DNA from: Octopus sinensis
Taxonomy: Eukaryota
Assembly: GCF_006345805.1 (NCBI RefSeq)
Contig: NC_043000.1
Span: forward strand, 31,372,001 to 31,436,000
DNA: 64,000 nucleotides
Direction: 5' to 3'
The position numbers and the translations under genes are program-made. Positions 13,211 to 25,122 of the stretch are shown here, in pieces. The notes beneath the pieces were generated by a model that had not been told where the DNA came from, ran no database searches, and saw nothing but the letters and a program-made list of their open reading frames with translations. How positions within the stretch are numbered: the first letter of the stretch is position 1; each line of letters begins with the position of its first letter.

Positions 13211-13812
13211 TACAAGGCCAAAGAAGTAGCACGACTCTACCGCAACGTATCACCAGATGAAAGGATGAGCCTATATGAGCAGAAGACTATGCATGGATAT
13301 GTTAGTAGAAAGCTCCGAGATGAAAGTAACATTGAACATCAAAGCAGTCTATCATGGATCGATAACTCGATTGTTACCTCCCACTTTGAAGGGTATGTGT
13401 TTGCAATCCAGGAACAGGCAATATCAACCAAATACCTGATGCACAAAAGGGACAGAAATGCACTAAGAGAAATAAAATGTGACAACCGATGCAGACTTTG
13501 TAGAGTTCACACTGAAGATATCACCCACATCATAAGTAGTTATCCGAAAATGTCATCACGGTATTATCTACCCTGAGACATGAGGTTGTAACTGGGACAT
13601 TCTATAATGAAATCTGTCGGAAGGACAACCCCGAGGAGAAAGAAATAAGAACCCACAGTATGGTAGAAGCCATAGCCACTCATAATAAAAGGGAATACTG
13701 GTGGAATGTACTAGTGATGACCTCAATAAAATGTAAGCACAACAGACCTGATATAGTGATTTGGGATAGAGAAGAGAAACTGTGTACAGTTGTGGAAATT
13801 AGCTGCCCAGCT
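13210..13812 (+). mobile_element. R4/Dong-like non-LTR retrotransposon, zinc knuckle plus restriction-like endonuclease fragment
   Basis: EGYVFAIQEQAISTKY, CRLCRVHTEDITHII, RH, then NRPDIVIWD...VVEISCPA (PD..D/E RLE motif). Contains a stop codon. Confidence 0.85.
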
Positions 13813-15086
13813 AATTTCACTTTCCTTGATTTTGTCGTATTCTAAAATCCCCAGATGTTTATATCCATTAGTCTCAATATCTTTGATTTTCTCGCCGTTG
13901 GGTGCCTCTACACCATCAGACGACACTACTTTGCCTCTTTGCATTAAAAGTATACCACACTTTTTAGTCCCAAATTCCATTCCGATATCCCCACTGAATA
14001 TCTGCACTGTTGAAACCAGGCCATTTATTTCACGTTCGGTCTTACGCCAAATCTTTAAACCATCCATATATAACAGATGGTTTAATTTTCCTCCACTTTT
14101 CAAAGTCAACTCTGATGCCACTTTCCGTAGTATCTGTATGAAGGGTAATCATACAAATCACAAACAGCAATTGCGATGGGCTGTCTCCTTGGAAAATACC
14201 CCTCTTGATGTTAAACCTCGCCAAAAATTTCCCACATGAAGTTAACTCTGTATTCCAGTTCTTTATGGATCCCTTGATAAAATTTGATATGTTATCAGAA
14301 ACCTGTAGCAGCTCAAGATTTTCTAAAATCCAGGAACGGGGGACCATGTCATACGCTTTCTAATAATCAATCCACGTCATGCCCAGATTAGTAACTCTTG
14401 CCATTCTGTCTATCAGAAGTTGGTCCCTTGTCCCTCGGTTTTTCCTTCTGCACCCTTTCTGTTCCACTGGCAGTCTGTCATTTATTACCAGGAAGTTATA
14501 GACATAAGTAGATATTATTCCTTTCATCAGCTTTCCCACCTGAGGCAGACAGGTGATAGGCCGGTAATTATCCTCTATATTACCTTTACTGAAATCATTT
14601 TGGCAAAGAATTGTTTTACCTGTGGTCAGCCACTTTGGGATTTGTACACCGTTGTTGATCATTTTATCCATTGGCATGGCTATTCTTCTGTGTAGTGTTG
14701 GGCAATTTTTCAACCAATATCCTTGTGCTCCATCCGGCCCTGGGTATTTCCAGTTTGGTATCTTTGTTGTCTGTTCGGTTACCATTTCAACCGTTATTCT
14801 AATATTGCTCTGTTTCACTTCGTACTTTTCCGATCTTAATTCATTCAACCATTTAGCGTCTTTGTTATGCTTTCTTCCATTATCCCAGATGTTACTTTAA
14901 AACTCTCCACTTTCTTCAGTGTCTGATCTCTCATTGCTGTGTTAACCTTACCATTCAGCTGTTGATAAACCCTTTTCTAGTCTTGTTGGAACAATCTGCT
15001 GATTTTATATTGTTCAATTCTTTAGTCATATTTCTTGATCTTTGTCGCTTTAGCCTGTCATCTTTGTTTGAGCTCTTCAAGGAGTA
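13813..15086 (-). mobile_element. R4/Dong-like reverse transcriptase pseudogene
   Basis: PGPDG, NYRPITCLP, EQKGCR, WIDY*KAYDMVP, GIFQGDS, HLLYMDGLK, YKHLGI, across frameshifts and stops. Confidence 0.9.
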
Positions 15087-15138
<52 letters not shown>

Positions 15139-15417
15139 GAGTGAGAGAGCAGTGCATGCCATCAAAGTAACACTGGGGTAAAATATACGAAGCCCAGTAT
15201 ACCCATCATGACTGTGTGTGTGTGCGTGCGTGTGTGTGTGTGTGTGGTGTGTGTGTGTGTGTGTGTGTGCTTAGAAATTAATGGCATTTAAGATTTTCAA
15301 AATATTTGTAAGTACAAGAAATAATAAAGACAATGCTGGGATACGAACCCGGCTTCGATCACTTTCCAGTTGGTCCCATTACCGATTTCTCAGATAGGGA
15401 TCAACTGAATTCTCCAA

Positions 15418-15458
<41 letters not shown>

Positions 15459-16288
15459 ACACACATCCCTCCCTCTATATACATGAGTACATCTTTTAAA
15501 ATATAACTTCCTGTTTCATTTTTTATATATATTGAAATCTTCTTCGTCTTCTTCGTATTTCCCCGTTGATCCGTTATATTGTTGTTGTTGTTGTTGTTGT
15601 TGTTCTTGCTTAGTCCCAAACCAGCCCAAATCAAAACAGATTTATAATAAGGAGTATTCCTGCCGTGACCATCCCGTCAGTTTGAATAGTAGGGATTAAT
15701 ATTGTTCACTGAATCCTTCTTTTCTTTAGTTAAAGTTGGCAGGATGTGATTTGTTGTAGATTGTGGCTGTTATTTCTAGCACCGCGAAGGTTCACTTGAA
15801 GAAAGAACCTGAATGCGTTGAGGACTTCAAAAAAAAAAAAAAAAAACTGTTCAGAAATTATCTGGATTTGGTTTATAAAAATATTTTCTTGATAACATAT
15901 TTACATTGTTTGTTTTTTTTCTTCAAATGATCTTAAATTGTCAAATAATATTTATAGAAAAAAAAAAACAACAACTTATATTTCTATTTGTTTAATATCA
16001 ATAATTATATTTTCAAAATAATATAATTACGTTTTCCGTATATTTAATATAATTTTCTTTAATATGGCTTCATTACATTCACCTCCAAGTATGTAAATAT
16101 TTCTTGTATTTATTTAACGTGGTTTTCAGACAACTAAAGCTTCTCCGATTTAAAACAACCACGGCTTTCAAACCTCCAAACGTCCCCGCCTTTTGTGCAA
16201 CGCCTCCACCTTTACATCGCACTTCCTTCTTTTAATGTTTCTGGTTTCAATTTGTTTTTCCTGTTGGTGATTATTCCCACACTTGTAA

Positions 16289-16621
16289 GGCGCATGGCTC
16301 AGTGGTTAGAGCGTCGAGCTTACGATCGTGAGGTTGTGAGCTCGAATCCCGGACCGGGCTGCGTGTTGTGTTCTTGAGCAAAGCACTTTATTTCACGTTG
16401 CTCCAGTTCACTCAGCTGTAGAAATGAGTTGCGACGTCACAGGTGCCAAGCTGTATCGACCTTTGTCTTTCCCTTGGATAACACTAGTGGCGTGGAGAGA
16501 GGAGGCTGGTATGCATGGGCGACTGCTGGTCTTCCATAAACAACCTTGCCCGGACTTGTGTCTAGGAGGGTAACTTTCTAGGTGCAATCCCATGGTCATT
16601 CATGACCGAAGGGGGTCTTTA
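16289..16621 (+). mobile_element. tRNA-derived SINE, family C
   Basis: A box tggctcagtgg, B-box-like tcgaatccc, CORE-like cttgagcaaagcactt. Partial inverted copy at 35608-35780. Confidence 0.85.
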
Positions 16622-16896
16622 CTCTTACGTTTGTTAATAAGCGCTGTTATCTTTCTTTTACTTGTTTCAATCATTAGACTACGGCCATGCTGGGGCACAG
16701 CCTTGAAGAATTCTTAGTCGAATGAGTCACCCTCGGCATTTATATTATTATTTTGTTTTTAGCCTGGTATTTATTCTATTACTCTCTTTTACAGAGACGT
16801 AAACATATTAACACCGGTTGTCAAGAGGTGGTGGGGACAAACACAGACACAAAGACTCTCTCTCTCTCACACACACACACATAATGCGTATATATA

Positions 16897-17060
16897 GGGA
16901 GAGTTTACGAAAAAAAAAACAAAAGTCGAAGACAGGCGGTGTACAAAACAAACAGATGTATTAGTATAACGCTCAGGAATAGAAAAAAATTTAGGGACAC
17001 AGAAAAAAAATAAGGAGAGAAAAAATGTGTGTAGTGGCTAACGATCTATCATGGCGACTG
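16897..17060 (-). mobile_element. PLE-like terminal fragment (CUGUNGA family) with the ribozyme deleted
   Basis: Aligns with 43738-43915 except that about 36 nt containing the hammerhead are replaced by aattt. Confidence 0.8.
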
Positions 17061-17239
17061 ATATATATGCGTATATATATATATTATATATATATATATA
17101 TTATATATATATATATATATAATATATATATATTTAAAAATTGAGGGAGATAAATTAATATTAATTTTAATATCAATTTAAAACCAGTAGTCCAGCATTC
17201 AAAAAATCTGAGGAGTCAGAGAAAATTCAAATATATGTG

Positions 17240-17468
17240 TATATTGGCAGGGCTGGCCTGCTAGGTAGCCGGCCAGAATGCTAGAAATAGATCATAAACG
17301 ATCAAACTACAAGGGAAATTCTCTAGAGGAAGAATTCAGCGAACACCAGAACCAAATTTGGTTCTGGTGTTCGCTGAATTCTTCCTCTAGAGAATTTCCC
17401 TTGTAGTTTGATCGTTTATGATCTATTTCTAGCATTCTGGCCGGCTACCTAGCAGGCCAGCCCTGCCA

Positions 17469-17473
<5 letters not shown>
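17240..17473. repeat. Perfect 234-bp palindrome (117-bp arms, no loop) between (TA)n arrays
   Basis: Centre ccaaa|tttgg at 17356/17357. The arms appear to be exact reverse complements. Confidence 0.95.
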
Positions 17474-17510
<37 letters not shown>

Positions 17511-17511
17511 C

Positions 17512-17800
17512 ACCATCCGATCGTGGCCGTTTGCCAGCCTCATCCGGCCTCCGTGCCGGTGGCACGTAAAAGGCACCATCCGACCGTGGCCGTTTGCCAG
17601 ACTTGTCTGGCACCTGTGCAGGTGGCACGTAAAAAGCACCCACTACACTCATGGAGTGGTTGGCGTTAGGAAGGGCATCCAGCCGTAGAAACATTGCCAG
17701 ATCAGACTGGGCCTGGTGCAGCCTTCTGGCTTCCCAGACCCCAGTTGCACTGTCCAACCCATGCCAGCATGGAAAGCGGACGCTAAACAATGATGATGAT
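17512..17800 (+). mobile_element. SINE family D with internal tandem of about 63 bp and (GAT)n tail
   Basis: Two units gcaccatccga..gtggccgtttgccag..ggtggcacgtaa. The segment ggcgttaggaagggcatccagccgtag resembles a V-SINE domain (from recall). Confidence 0.7.
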
Positions 17801-17949
17801 ATATATATGCATGTATGTATATAAAAGATAGTTCAGGAAGAGTGAAGGGCTGATAATGAGGGTACTAAGGGAGGTGGTAGCAGAGGTGGAAAGTTGGGAG
17901 ATGAATAGGAGAGTAGGGCAGATAGTAATTGGATGGTAGTCAGTTGTGT

Positions 17950-18287
17950 TGGGTTTGCCAAAGTTTGGGGATAATACCTATAGAATTATTGGAAGTCTCA
18001 CCTTTTGCTTTCTCTCGTTTTGCATGTGTGCATATAAATGCATATTTTGGATTGTATACCCAAACTATTATATTTCATGTATTTAATATATTGAATGTGT
18101 CTAATTTGTTTATCAGCACAACTGCCTCTATACCCGCTCAACTTGATTCCTCTCATAGCCTTTCTTTATGCTGTGGAATCGATCCCCTGTAAAGTCATCG
18201 GAGTCTAAGTTTGAATACTTTGAGCACTTCTGTCTTCTATACGTAAGAAATCTCTGGATATCATCTTTGGGCAATATACATACATAC

Positions 18288-18290
<3 letters not shown>
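17950..18290 (-). mobile_element. Possible degenerate PLE RT C-terminal relic
   Basis: FLTYRRQKCS...DRFHSIKKGYERNQVERV resembles the PLE thumb motif FLRxRRICS...RF..RGY. Weak. Confidence 0.4.
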
Positions 18291-18342
<52 letters not shown>

Positions 18343-18902
18343 ACGGTTGTCCACACGAGACCGAGGAAGACTATCATGCACGGGCGTTGCTGGCAAAGTG
18401 CCAGCATCGCCCGTGCATGAGGCCATTGTAAACGTTGTTGGTTTTAACCAGGTTCGCGGACGGCAACTTCCATACTCACCGTAGTCACCAAATGATGTTA
18501 ACTTGAAATACTGTATATTTCTTCTCAAATCTGTCTCTGTCAAACTCTCAACTTTGACTAGTTTGAAATATTTTCAAGAGAAAGTTTACGATTCTGGTTG
18601 TGGATAAAGAAGACTGTGGGAACAAATTTAGCAATTTTTGGCAAAAAATGTACCCTTTTGCCAAGTTATAACAAAAAGTTAGTGAAATATTTAAAATGTT
18701 TACAGTTGGATAGATAGACAAATAGAACAAAATAATTTGACAAAAAATGTGAATTTCTAATTATTTTCTGAGATTTTACAAAAACAACAAAAATGAGTCA
18801 CCTCACCAGCTATTGCGAAACATAAAAGTTTAGGTGTAGTAAGGTCCAATAACCCTTCACAGACCCTCCCTACCTCATTAGCATGATCTAGAGACAAGCC
18901 AT

Positions 18903-19290
18903 GGATGGAAGCACTCCGTCGGTTACGACGACGAGGGTTCCGGTTGATCCGAATCAACGGAACAGCCTGCTCGTGAAATTAACGTGTAAGTGGCTGAGCA
19001 CTCCACGGACACGTGTACCCTTAACGTAGTTCTCGGGGATATTCAGCGTGACACAGAGAGTGACAAGGCCGGCCCTTTGAAATACAGGTACAACAGAAAC
19101 AGGAAGTAAGAGTGAGAGAAAGTTGTGGTGAAAGAGTACAGCAGGGATCACCACCATCCCCTGCCGGAGCGTCGTAGAGCTTTAGGTGTTTTCGCTCAAT
19201 AAACACTCACAACGCCCGGTCTGGGAATCGAAACCGCGATCCTATGACCGCGAGTCCGCTGCCCTAACCACTGGGCCATTGCGCCTCCAC
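18903..19290 (-). mobile_element. tRNA-derived SINE, family B, full length with 11-bp TSD
   Basis: A box tggcccagtgg, B box gtttcgattcc. TSD agacaagccat at 18892-18902 and 19291-19301. Nearly identical to 47408-47795. Confidence 0.92.
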
Positions 19291-19681
19291 AGACAAGCCA
19301 TACCAACATATGCAACGCTAATATGACTCGCAGGCTCGGGAATGTGCGAGCAAAAATCGCAAGCGCAGGTGAAAGATCCCCAAAATGTTCGTTCCCATTC
19401 CTCGCATATCTAGTTTTATATCAGTGAGACACGGTTTAACAAAAATTAAGGGGTTCTTCTCTTCCAATGATCTTTTGGTATCCTGGACACAAACCCGGAA
19501 TTTCCGAGGACCTGTGCTATTGCTGGACTGTCGTTGAACTCTACACTAGGTTCATCTGTCCTTTTGACGGCTCTTGTTTTTAGTCCTGTTGAGTCTCTAG
19601 CAACTCACCTCACCAGGCAAGCTTAGTAGGTTTCCGTGTTACTAGGAGCACTCATGAGAGACCCTACAAGTGACCTGACTA

Positions 19682-19728
<47 letters not shown>

Positions 19729-20360
19729 ATGGTATTATTAAAATACCATCACAAGTGGTAAGCGAATTATCAGCCGTACAGGCAAATTAATAAAATATAT
19801 ACATACAATATTAGATATGTACATATATACACACAAGTGTACTACATGAGTACCTATATCGCTAACGATAGAAGTAAAAAAAATACTTCTGTACCACCAA
19901 ATAGTCACAAATCCATCACAGACAAGATAGGAAAAAAATCAGTGAACAATAATAATGTCTTACCTCAAATGGGTCAGAACAAGTAGATGCTGGTCAACCT
20001 AGTACCGGTATATATATATGTACAAGTTAAATTGACCTTTTGTTTTAGTGACAACCTGTTCTTCTTTTACTTATCCTGATATCCTCCTCTTTTCTTCAAC
20101 TAACTTGAATTCTTTACCTGCCCTTACCCCAATCCTTATAACTAAAGAAATTTTCTTAGAGCAGTCAGTTGTATCCCAGGTTTTGGTCAGTTAGCATCTG
20201 AACTACACGACCTCATGTTCCTAAGATTCATATCTACATCTTTATCTGTATATTTACCTTCCCTAAGATGTTATTAATTAATTTGAAAACTTTATATTAT
20301 TGGAAAACCTATATAAAATTTAGCTGAAGATTACTCATACGTCTCCTCACACAAAGACGT

Positions 20361-20830
20361 ATGAGATGGCTTGGGCATGTTAGCCGTATGAAAGATGGCA
20401 GAATCCCCAAGGACATACTCTACGGAGAGCTTGCTAGGGGTACTAGGTCTGTGGGTAGACTGCTCTTACGTTACAAGGATGTTTGCAAAAGGGACATGAA
20501 GGCCTGCAACATCAATATTAGCGGTTGGGAGGCAGTTGGGAGACTGGCGACGTACCGTAAGAGAGGGAATACATAGGAGTGACAGAGAGAGAGGAGAAAT
20601 GGAAAGACAAGAAAAGACGTCAACAAGAAACTATGGCATTACAACCAGCCAGGAACAGTCTTCGCTACATTTGCGGTACCTGCCAGAGGGAGTGTTTGTC
20701 CAGGATAGGACTACAGCAGCCACAGCAGGAAATGTATCAGGACATGAAATGTAAAAGCCGAACTAGACTACTTTATGCGCAACTCCATTGTCTCCCGAGA
20801 CAAAAAGGATGCCAACCAACCAACTCAGCA
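20361..20830 (+). mobile_element. RTE (BovB-like) LINE 3' fragment
   Basis: RWLGHVSRMKDGRIPKDILYGEL..GTRSVGR..LRYKDVCKRDMKA and a terminal C2-type motif YICGTCQRECLSRIGL. Confidence 0.88.
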
Positions 20831-21017
20831 TCTTAAATCTGCTGTAATATTTACAGCTTTTAATAAAATGTTGTAGTATGAAACAATTGTACTAAATTAC
20901 CGGATTCATTCTTGTTGCTTATTTTTTTATTATAATCACCCCGCATATTTTTATGGGTAACACCATACAAAATTCTGGTGCATCTAAGTACCATATTCAT
21001 TTGAATCTAAATTGTTG

Positions 21018-21066
<49 letters not shown>

Positions 21067-21736
21067 AATGAATGTTTTTATATAATGAACGTGAAATACA
21101 GGGAAGGGACGAACGGACACAGACAACAAATCATTCGAAGCCTTCAATCTTCAGTCAGACACCGAATCATCATAGCAAATTTCGGCGTTCAATTCTGATA
21201 TTTTGCTCCAACTCGGCCAGCCCCAAGAAAAAAAACTAAGCTGTAAGCATTAGATTTCTTGGTAGAAGACAGGAATGTGAACGCACAAGACGGATGTGAA
21301 TACAAGAGACGAAAACGAAATTGAAAACAGTAATGAAAAACAAAATATATATAACGGTGGTTGTCATACGACTTTAGACCAAATGAGACAAAACAACAAC
21401 ACAACATAGCAGCTGGCGTAGAAATAATTACCGTTTCGGTAGCGGGGACACATGTTGGTCGAGATACGAAGGCCAACAGAATGGTTGAAGAAGCAGCAGG
21501 TCGCAGGAGAGAGAGAAAGAGACAGAGAGAGAGGGAATCAAAGAGGGTGGAAGGCAGGGGACAGAATCAGTGACCAAGAGAGAAGGAGAAAGAAGGGATT
21601 AAGGAGGATGGGAGGAAGAGAGGGGAAGAATCGGAGGGCGCCAAAAAGTTTGGTGAAGAAGCAATGGCGGGTAGTAAAAGACAGTGTGTATAGAAGTGTG
21701 CAGGGTTTAAAATTGGACAAACAAACGGGGGGGGGG

Positions 21737-21775
<39 letters not shown>

Positions 21776-22524
21776 TTATAATTATGCATGTATGTATGTA
21801 ATAATAAAACAAACAAAGGAGATAACGAATGCCAATATAGACATAAAATTAGTTCTCAAATCTCTTCCTACAAATCTCAACACTACAAAAAGAAATTGAT
21901 AGAATAAAACAAAAGTTCGTCGATAATGGTTAAATCACACAAGTCAACAAAATAACACAACAGAGGTTCATCGCAATAAACTCACCGATGCATCGTAATC
22001 CGATTAAAAGCAATAAAAATCCACAAATAACACATAAGCCAATTGCATTCCGGCTCTGGAAGAGATGAACACACACACACAAACACACACACACGTGTGT
22101 ATGTGCGCATAATTATATTTATATGTATATATAATCTCATTCAATATGCCACAACATGTGTTACATAATAATCCTAATAGTTAAAATTAAAAGATTTTCC
22201 GCCTCAACAACAAACCAAAAAAAAAAAAAAAGACAGTGAGATGCTGAATGAAGTTGAGTTGAAATAAGGCAATTAGATATTCAGGTGGAAACATGGTGGC
22301 TCTAATTTCATGAGTGGAAACAATGAGGTTGCTGCACATGGCAACTGACGATGCATCGGCGTTAAGTCGTCATTGCACCCAGTTGCATGGCACACGACAC
22401 AACGAAGCATTAGACATTATTAACTCAACGATCTTGTTAGAGAAAATAACCTCATTCAATCGATGGCAGCAAATTCTTAAACGAAGGACAAATGTTGAAT
22501 CGTGTGGAAGTCCGGAAGTTTTCT

Positions 22525-23070
22525 TCCCGAGCACATGGTTTCAGGTTCGGTCCCACAGCGTAACACCTTGGGCAAGTGTCTTCCACTATAGTCCTGGGTC
22601 GTCCAAAGCCTTCTAAGTGAATTTAATAGACGGAAACTAAAAGAAGCCCGTTACATGTGTGTGTGTGTGCGTGCGTGTCGGTGCGCGCTTTGTGCGTCTC
22701 CCCTCCCCACTCCGATGTTGTTTGCTTATGGACCCGTAACTTAACGGTTCGGCAAAAAGGATGGGCGATTCTTCGGTATAGGTACCGTAAGTGGCTTTGT
22801 TTACATTTCTGAAGATAACAGAAACCCTTTTCTCTCACCACTAACCCTAACCCTAACCCTAACCCTAACACCCCATTTATATATTAAAAAAAAAACACTT
22901 TCTTGAAATATATCCGGTACTTCCGGTACCTATACCGAAGTTACGCCAAGAGATGGTAGAATATATACAAGGGTTTAAAAAAGTAAGATCTGATACTGAT
23001 TTTCTCGACTATATCCCTTCAAGGCAGTGCCCCAGCTTGGCCTCTGTCCAATGACTGAAAGAAGTAAAAG
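22525..23070 (+). mobile_element. SINE family A copy interrupted by a TIR element
   Basis: Family A segments flank 22764-22947. Confidence 0.7.
22764..22947. mobile_element. 184-bp MITE-like element with 29-bp TIRs and internal (CTAACC)n
   Basis: ggcgattcttcggtataggtaccgtaagt versus acttccggtacctataccgaagttacgcc (25/29 match). About 5 telomere-type units at 22841-22869. Confidence 0.75.
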
Positions 23071-23778
23071 ATAAACGGCGTCTGAAGATAAGAAGCGATC
23101 GTAACAGAAGGTAGACATCTTCGACCGATAGGTCTACTCGTCAGGGACTGACCTATGGCAGCACAACACAATACAAGATTAGTCACCGAAGCTATTATTA
23201 ATAGCGAAATATATATATAAAGAAAAAAAAAACAAGAATCGATAGACAATGCAATCTTGATAGCAAAGCGACACCAGACACCACGGCCAAACTATTTCCT
23301 GATTGATGAAAGAAATCTGACACGGGCGGTCAGAGAATATTCTAAAAGTCTGGTGACAATCGATAAAAAAAAAACAAGACACATCGCTACTTATTCACTC
23401 TCTCTCTCTCTTTCTTTATTTCTCTCAACAGCAGACAGTAGGTACAAATGCTGCTACTAATGAGCCGACTTCAACGAGAGAAAAATAGCAAAATGATCTT
23501 GAAATGGTGTTGGAAAAATTATTGTTCCAGAACATATTTCAAAAAGAAAACAACGTAAATTGGGTATTAGTCAATAAAACAGGTTACAAAAAAAACAAAA
23601 ACAACAACAACAGAAAACCTGCCCCACTCTCATCCTGACGTATACACATATGCGAATATATTACACACACATACACACGCACAACATATACGCATACGCA
23701 CGTATTTTCTGTTCGCTTGTTTTTATATATATTTGAAATAATCCTCTGTGTACGTGTGTGTGTGTGTGCGTATAGGTA

Positions 23779-23828
<50 letters not shown>

Positions 23829-24279
23829 TATTCATTATAATTGACCGCTTTCATGTTGTGGACAATAAAACAAAAATTCGTCGAGCAGGTTCAGCCGGGT
23901 GGTTTAGAGAGTGACTTCGTAATGGTTTTGCTGTTCCAGTTTCTCGTATTTGATTGGACTGTAAACATTGGATGTCTGCAACTGTAGCCCTCAGAATGAC
24001 CAATGCCTAGAGAGCGGAATTTGGTAAATAGAAACTGCACCAGCGCGCGCATGCGCCGTCGTCCATGTGACGTACGCCTGCAGTGCATTAATGATACTAC
24101 AAAAAAAAAAGAGTCTTTCCAATTTTATTGCCTTCACAGTGTTTACCGTTTTACAAAATCAAACTAGAAAACTGGAAAAAACAGAAAAGACAATTGAAAA
24201 AATTTAAAAAGAAAAAGAGAAAAAGAAACAACAAAACAATTGGGTTGAAAAGTTGGGGTCGCTGAGAAATCTCTCTAAT

Positions 24280-24550
24280 AGCTTTTGAGACACGTCAGCA
24301 GGTTTGCAGCGTTGCCGCGGGTTATGGTGAGGCTGATGTGCTTGAACAGCCAAGCGCCCTCACGAGCATCTCCAGTTACCTCTGCAAAGCGAGTTGCTAG
24401 TGAAGACAGGAATCTCGCCTCTTACAAACGTCTCGAACGCCACAGGATGGAAAATGAAGTTGGCCGACAGATCGCGGTATTTCAGGATTTTGGTCTGCTC
24501 AGTCGCAGAAGCTGTGGATCTCGCCCTGACCGATTAAGCACGAGTTCTCC
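24280..24550 (-). mobile_element. CRE-like non-LTR retrotransposon C-terminal fragment
   Basis: ASATEQTKILKYRDLSANFIFHPVAFETF / FLSSLATRFAEVTGDAREGAWLFKHISLTITRGNAANLL, a typical CRE-clade RLE C-terminus. Confidence 0.8.
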
Positions 24551-24564
24551 AGCTGCCTTGCTAC

Positions 24565-24835
24565 CCTTGTCCAACCAGCTCTTCATATTGTCCGTTGTTT
24601 ACCTGCCTCCGTGCTCTTATATCCTCTCCTCTTCCTTCCGGACCTCTGCTTCTTCGGATATGGCCATAAGAGATCAGCTTTTAGTTGATTGCAACGTTCA
24701 ACAGTTGTCATCTTTCAGCTTTTTGTTGTAACAGCCACTCGTTTGTCCGATGGTCCCTGCAAAAAACTTGTTGCGTTCTTCTATACATCCACATTTCAAA
24801 TGCATTGATTTGATTCAACTTCAAATTTGTTCAGA
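24565..24835 (-). mobile_element. RTE-clade LINE fragment
   Basis: INAFEMWMYRR...DHRTNE...LLN...KL.SYGHIRR...TTDNMKSWL. Confidence 0.78.
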
Positions 24836-25077
24836 GTCCATGGTTCACAACCAGAAATGTTTTTCAAATTTTTATGTATATTTACCGCACACAATATTTT
24901 CTATCAGACACCTATTATTTCTTTTTCAGATTTTCACAATTTTAAGCACCTCGCTCCTTCTTTATTTCCATCGAGTCCGTCACCTTCTGAGACATTTTTA
25001 CTAACCCTTACAATGACTCTCCTATAATTTTACCTCAAATTTTTACTTTCTCTCTCATACACACACACACACGCACA

Positions 25078-25122
<45 letters not shown>

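Noticed and set aside
16289-16365. tRNA genes at SINE heads (also 19215-19290, 27452-27520, 47408-47480)
   Set aside because: They have A and B boxes but continue into multi-copy SINE bodies, some with TSDs, and I see no complete acceptor-stem cloverleaf.
17512-17640. CRISPR-like repeat-spacer array
   Set aside because: Just two diverged tandem units of about 63 bp inside a eukaryotic SINE, with no spacers and no cas genes.
21095-21160. CTGAAGA on the minus strand in a TA-flanked element as a hammerhead
   Set aside because: No proper stem II (only a 1-nt loop), GAAU instead of GAAA, and no stem I. At most a decayed motif.
23175-23225. gctatt/aatagc hairpin followed by GAAA as a hammerhead
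   Set aside because: The upstream core (caccga) does not fit CUGANGA or a compensated variant, and there is no stem I.
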